Shown here piece after piece: positions 28,914-32,205 of a stretch of DNA of 32,205 nucleotides (the stretch's first letter is position 1; every line of letters starts with the position of its first letter). The DNA lies in the IMG/VR virus record IMGVR_UViG_3300005931_000048, positions 1 through 32,205 of that record. The stretch is one strand, 5' to 3'. The notes beneath the pieces are model-generated. The model was not told the DNA's origin. It worked only from the letters and a program-made list of their open reading frames with translations, and ran no database searches. Source of the DNA: a virus (taxonomy: Duplodnaviria > Caudoviricetes). The position numbers and the translations under genes are program-made.

Positions 28914-29327
28914 ATGGCATTAAAAAAACGTGAGTCGTTGTTGTTTCAACGAATAAAAAAACATATAAAAAAGATACATTTTACAAGGATAGAAAGCGAT
29001 ACTATTCAAGGTATACCTGACATTCATGGGTGTGGTAATGGTCATTCTTTTTGGATAGAAATGAAGTCTACAGAGGACAAGTTTCCTATCCTGTCTAAGT
29101 TCCAAATGGCATGGTGTTATGAATACCAAAGACATGGAGGTGTCGTTTTCGTGCTGCATCAGGCCCTCTCGCACAGAGCTTTGAAACTTTACAGAGTGGC
29201 CGGTGAGGTGGATCCCTCGTCCGCATCCTCGTTTTCTCGTTCCCTCGTTTTATTATTAACTCTCACCGACCCGGTGCCTGGTGAGAGCTGGCAGCTCCTG
29301 AGGAACCTGCTGGTAAATAACTCTTGA
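28914..29327 (+). CDS. VRR-NUC/Holliday-junction-resolvase-like PD-(D/E)XK nuclease
   Basis: RES, RIES, GIPDI, FWIEMK, LSKFQ..W and GG motifs. Confidence 0.8.
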   Translation: MALKKRESLLFQRIKKHIKKIHFTRIESDTIQGIPDIHGCGNGHSFWIEMKSTEDKFPILSKFQMAWCYEYQRHGGVVFVLHQALSHRALKLYRVAGEVDPSSASSFSRSLVLLLTLTDPVPGESWQLLRNLLVNNS

Positions 29328-29352
29328 CATAAGTCGGATCCTCGTTTAATAC
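29324..29352 (+). promoter_or_regulatory. Sigma70-like promoter
   Basis: TTGACA(29324-29)-N17-TAATAC(29347-52), with CCTCGTT inside the spacer. Confidence 0.55.
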
Positions 29353-29356
29353 TAAA

Positions 29357-29427
29357 GAAATTTGTGTGTTCGCATACATATTTCCTTTCGCTCCTGGCCA
29401 GTCTTCATCTGCTGGCACAGGGGTTTA
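29357..29427 (+). ncRNA. Candidate two-hairpin small RNA
   Basis: Begins at the expected TSS; hairpin 29357-84 with a UUCG loop and hairpin 29393-421; no plus-strand gene recognised here. Confidence 0.35.
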
Positions 29428-29663
29428 AATCCTCGTTTTCCATTCCTCGTTTCTAATCCTCGTTTGAGTTATATCTCCTGAGCCCCCTGCAGCTGGGCAT
29501 CCTGAGCTGGGCACTGGCGTCCACAGAAGAACCTGTGTCCTGTGAGGATTACCAATTCCTCGTTCCTCGTTTGTGAGGCACCACTCCTCACCGATCCATT
29601 ACCATCTGGAACCAGCAGCTCAGGATCCTGTTTTATCCAGCTCAAAATAAAAAAAATAAAAGC

Positions 29664-29701
29664 TTGACATCTAGACCAAGACATCTTATCTATAATGGGA
29701 T
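29664..29701 (+). promoter_or_regulatory. Early-type promoter with operator-like palindrome
   Basis: A-tract UP element, TTGACA 29664-69, TATAAT 29691-96 (spacing non-canonical) and ATCTTAT-N5-ATGGGAT. Confidence 0.55.
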
Positions 29702-29771
29702 GACACATATATTAATATTTATCACAGCGTATGTCGGCTTACTATTAGCGACAGGTGTGATTTACTTTTGA
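29700..29771 (+). CDS. Possible 23 aa hydrophobic peptide
   Basis: MTHILIFITAYVGLLLATGVIYF; ends at the RBS of the next gene. Confidence 0.4.
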   Translation: MTHILIFITAYVGLLLATGVIYF

Positions 29772-29780
29772 AAGGAAAAT

Positions 29781-29957
29781 ATGACTATAAGTAAAAAACT
29801 AATACAACAGATGAACGAATACTACGGAACAGAATATATTAAAGTAGAAGAGGACAAACCTAAAGAAGACAAAGTATACGCACTGACAGGTGCCAAGGGC
29901 ACACCATGCATCGCCAACGGTAACACATGGAAAGAGTCGGAGGTGAAAGATGACTAG
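29781..29957 (+). CDS. Hypothetical early protein (58 aa)
   Basis: Not in the ORF track. AAAGGA RBS; overlaps the next start. Confidence 0.75.
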   Translation: MTISKKLIQQMNEYYGTEYIKVEEDKPKEDKVYALTGAKGTPCIANGNTWKESEVKDD

Positions 29958-30312
29958 CACAATTAAAGAATGGTTAACTGAAGGAGAGAAGGAAGAAAGT
30001 TTTCTAATCTCAGACATTGCGAAACACGGCTGCGCCGGTGGCATCGGGGGCCTGATCTATTACAACGAGACGTCCTCGTTTTATGATGATCATGAGGATG
30101 AGATTTGGCAGGTCCTAACAGACACCGCGGATGCAGCTGGGATCAAGAATGGCCTGCAGCTCTACAACATTTGCAAAGACCCTTCCTCGTTGACGATACT
30201 GAAGAACGACCTCGTTTGGTTTGCCGTTGAAGTACTGGCTCAGGAATTAGATGATTCAGCACGGGAAGAGAAGCTGGCTGCTTTCGATAAAGAGGTAGAA
30301 GCTTGTTCCTAA
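29950..30312 (+). CDS. Acidic conserved phage early protein (HGC.GG..LIYY family)
   Basis: GGAGGT RBS; DIAKHGCAGG..LIYYNET..FYD.HEDEI...KN.LVWFAVE. Confidence 0.8.
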   Translation: MTSTIKEWLTEGEKEESFLISDIAKHGCAGGIGGLIYYNETSSFYDDHEDEIWQVLTDTADAAGIKNGLQLYNICKDPSSLTILKNDLVWFAVEVLAQELDDSAREEKLAAFDKEVEACS

Positions 30313-30467
30313 TTGCATTCCTCGTGTTCTTTTCAATACTTTATCCAGAGGCGACCTCGTTCCTCGTTTGGATCTCCGTGGCACTGCTGGTGATGGGTAC
30401 TACAGGAGCTGGGGACTGGGGAGCTGGGGCGTCAGAGCAGGTGAGATATTGGTGGAAAATATGGTGA
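30303..30467 (+). CDS. Possible two-TM small membrane protein (54 aa, TTG start)
   Basis: GAGGT RBS; MFLIAFLVFFSILYPEATSFLVWISVALLVMG...WWKIW. Confidence 0.5.
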   Translation: MFLIAFLVFFSILYPEATSFLVWISVALLVMGTTGAGDWGAGASEQVRYWWKIW

Positions 30468-30476
30468 AAATAATGT

Positions 30477-30505
30477 TTGACATGTATCCCATCTATGATA
30501 AGCAT
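30477..30505 (+). promoter_or_regulatory. Early-type promoter with operator-like palindrome
   Basis: TTGACA(30477-82)-N17-AAGCAT; contains ATCCCAT-N5-ATAAGCA. Confidence 0.5.
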
Positions 30506-30528
30506 AAGGATATTAACTAACAAAGGAG

Positions 30529-30927
30529 ATGAACATGGGTTTAGACATGTATGCCTACAAGACCAAGAATGTTGTTGAAGATAAAAAAGAAATAAAAGAC
30601 GACAACAGAGAGGAGTTGGCTTATTGGAGAAAGCACAACCGATTACATGGTTGGTTTCAAAATAAGTTTGTTGAACAAAATCCTTATGGGGACAAAGAGT
30701 TTAATTGTGAAAGACTTTGGCTCAACGAAGGTATGATTGACGAACTCGAGCAAGCTATAGAGGGCGAACTCTTGCCTGAAACATGTGGGTTCTTTTTCGG
30801 CGAAGATAGTTATGACTATGATGACGAGGAAAAGAAAGAGCAGAAGGCTTACGATTTAGGCTTTGTCGAGAAGGCTAGAAAAGTAGTAGAAAAAGGCGAG
30901 TGCGTTTATTATACTTGTTGGTGGTAA
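30529..30927 (+). CDS. Conserved phage early hypothetical protein (MGLD/YWRK family; likely start 30535)
   Basis: MGLDMY, YWRKHN.LHGWF, GFFFG and YY..WW motifs; AAAGGAG RBS. Confidence 0.85.
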   Translation: MNMGLDMYAYKTKNVVEDKKEIKDDNREELAYWRKHNRLHGWFQNKFVEQNPYGDKEFNCERLWLNEGMIDELEQAIEGELLPETCGFFFGEDSYDYDDEEKKEQKAYDLGFVEKARKVVEKGECVYYTCWW

Positions 30928-30939
30928 ATCCTCGTTTCT

Positions 30940-30968
30940 CGTTGGCTATGCTTTACGCATAGCCAACG
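30940..30968. other. 12 bp perfect hairpin
   Basis: CGTTGGCTATGC-TTTAC-GCATAGCCAACG; no U-tract. Confidence 0.7.
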
Positions 30969-31224
30969 GCTATTCCTTAACGGCTGGCGCTGGCGTGCCA
31001 GAAATTAGGGAACGGCTTAACACGTTCGGTGTGTGAATCTTTTGAGTAGCTCCTGTTGGGTTCACACATCTCTATACCTCGTTCCTCGTTTGCTATGCGT
31101 TCGGTTAGTAAACTACTTCTTCCTTTAGGGACTGGCACCTGGCGATTTTGCTTTCGCACATTATTCTAAATTTTTTATTGCTAGACCAAGAGGAGTGTGA
31201 TACACAAAAGGAAAAGGAGATAAC

Positions 31225-31476
31225 ATGACAGACCAAACAGATAGACTAATAGAAGAAGTACAATCAAGCAACAAGGCGATTGAACATGAGAACATAAAGA
31301 AACAAAATCACAAGCTGAAGCGATTGCTCGCAGAGATGTGTATGCACGCAGATGAGGACACACCATCAGAACATAGGACTAGACATTTCACAAGCACTAT
31401 GAATACCTCGTATGACTACTTGCATGAGATAGGACATCTAAAAGAACCCAACAAAAAGCAGGAGGAACAATGCTGA
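31225..31476 (+). CDS. Hypothetical early protein
   Basis: AAGGAG RBS; 83 aa. Confidence 0.75.
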   Translation: MTDQTDRLIEEVQSSNKAIEHENIKKQNHKLKRLLAEMCMHADEDTPSEHRTRHFTSTMNTSYDYLHEIGHLKEPNKKQEEQC

Positions 31477-31523
31477 TCCTCGTTGTAATCCTCGTTGTAG
31501 CCTCGTTTGTTGTATTAGACTAA
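31470..31523 (+). CDS. Possible 17 aa hydrophobic peptide (MLILVVILVVASFVVLD)
   Basis: Strong GGAGG RBS at 31461-65; encoded across three CCTCGTT copies. Confidence 0.35.
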   Translation: MLILVVILVVASFVVLD

Positions 31524-31525
31524 CC

Positions 31526-31559
31526 CCCAGCACCAGTGCCCAGCACCAGTGCCCAGCAC
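31526..31559. repeat. 13 bp tandem repeat CCCAGCACCAGTG x2.6
   Basis: Units at 31526, 31539 and 31552 (partial). Confidence 0.85.
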
Positions 31560-31579
31560 TAAAACTTCTTAAATATAAA

Positions 31580-31606
31580 AACCCTCACTAAAAATCAGTG
31601 AGGGTT
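31580..31606. terminator. Intrinsic terminator-like hairpin (U-tract better on the minus strand)
   Basis: AACCCTCACT-N7-AGTGAGGGTT preceded by an A-run. Confidence 0.6.
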
Positions 31607-31673
31607 ATTCACAAGCACATCTAAATTAAATTAAAATAAAGTTTATTTTTTTGTATCAATCTTTGTAAAAATC

Positions 31674-31697
31674 TTTATCTTATCCAGATAAGATAAA
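31674..31697. promoter_or_regulatory. Operator-like palindrome
   Basis: TTTATCTTATC-CA-GATAAGATAAA; extra half-site TTATCTTAT at 31701-09; AT-rich intergenic region. Confidence 0.65.
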
Positions 31698-31737
31698 TTA
31701 TTATCTTATAAATTAATAAAACAATAAGGAAATAAAA

Positions 31738-32115
31738 ATGCAAAACGCAAAAAAAACAAAAGCTAACGCAGTGAGCAAGGCAGATGTTAGAGTGCTTAAA
31801 GCATACATCAATCAAGCTTACTTACTTAACAAGTATCAAACTTTAAAAGCAGATACTAAAGAAGTTGTGAAAGGTATCTTTGATAGACTTAAACAAAACG
31901 TCTACATCATTGATAACAGTTCTTACATTCAAAAGATTGAACGAACTCAAAGAAGATTTGATAGTAAGTCATTTATTGAACACGTTAAAAACAGTGGCGA
32001 TTATAAATTGCAGTTGTTGGTTAATGGCTTTTATAAACAAATAGAAACGCTTGAGTTCAAGCCTTTCAATGATACATTAGAGAAGATTAAGAAAGGAAAT
32101 ACTAATGCCAAATAA
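31738..32115 (+). CDS. Hypothetical basic early protein
   Basis: TAAGGA RBS; 125 aa. Confidence 0.75.
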   Translation: MQNAKKTKANAVSKADVRVLKAYINQAYLLNKYQTLKADTKEVVKGIFDRLKQNVYIIDNSSYIQKIERTQRRFDSKSFIEHVKNSGDYKLQLLVNGFYKQIETLEFKPFNDTLEKIKKGNTNAK

Positions 32116-32205
32116 CAATGACAATAATAACTTACCATCTAAATTGTTTTCAACTATGCTTGATAAACATTTAGGCAACGACATTGATAATAGTAAAATC
32201 CAATC
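32105..32205 (+). CDS. 5' end of a hypothetical gene (partial; MPNNNDNNNLPSKLF...)
   Basis: GAAAGGA RBS; frame is open to the window edge. Confidence 0.65.
   Translation, partial: MPNNNDNNNLPSKLFSTMLDKHLGNDIDNSKIQ

Larger units (their letters stand above)
29215..31507 (+). repeat. Strand-polarised dispersed heptamer CCTCGTT (19 exact copies plus 5 variants)
   Basis: Exact copies start at 29227, 29243, 29340, 29431, 29445, 29458, 29558, 29565, 30074, 30185, 30210, 30355, 30362, 30930, 31077, 31084, 31478, 31490 and 31501. Confidence 0.9.

Noticed and set aside
27007-31366. Minus-strand ORFs 27007, 28008, 28920, 29469, 29799, 30341, 30977 and 31181
   Set aside because: They are antisense to better genes or arise from GC-rich repeat DNA (RNE/EER translations of AACGAGG).
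29215-31559. CRISPR array interpretation of the repeats
   Set aside because: The repeat is only 7 bp, spacing is irregular, and there is no cas operon. The 15093 nuclease is an ordinary phage exonuclease.
1-32205. tRNA/rRNA genes, integrase/att sites, IS elements, introns or inteins
   Set aside because: None recognisable by eye. PolA and the helicases have normal lengths and uninterrupted motifs. A tRNAscan/Infernal run would be needed to exclude RNA genes.

Overview
This is a 32.2 kb segment of an AT-rich (roughly one-third GC, by eye) podovirus-like dsDNA phage. Gene content and order resemble marine SAR11/alphaproteobacterial phages of the HTVC023P type; this is recalled resemblance, not a database result. 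From left to right: a 2OG-Fe(II) oxygenase cluster with a mini ParB-like gene; a tail/virion module with two embedded glycosyltransferases and large ejection-type proteins; a PD-(D/E)XK exonuclease; an SNF2 helicase; a replication operon (SSB-like protein, AEP primase, UvrD-like helicase, DUF3310, PolA with Leu762); small genes including a GIY-YIG nuclease; an iteron-like intergenic region; terminase small subunit; a VRR-NUC-like nuclease; and a GC-richer early-type region. Capsid, portal and large terminase genes were not recognised in the window. The strongest unexplained signals are non-coding. (1) There are 19 exact CCTCGTT heptamers, all on the + strand within 2.3 kb, and each cluster is followed by a CTGG/CCAG-rich tract. 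(2) A dispersed GC-rich octamer GCCACCGG appears to flip orientation across the candidate origin, like a Chi site. (3) A candidate structured small RNA carries an anti-RBS seed complementary to two downstream RBSs. (4) An ATCYYAT operator-like palindrome recurs in promoters. All motif counts were made by eye.
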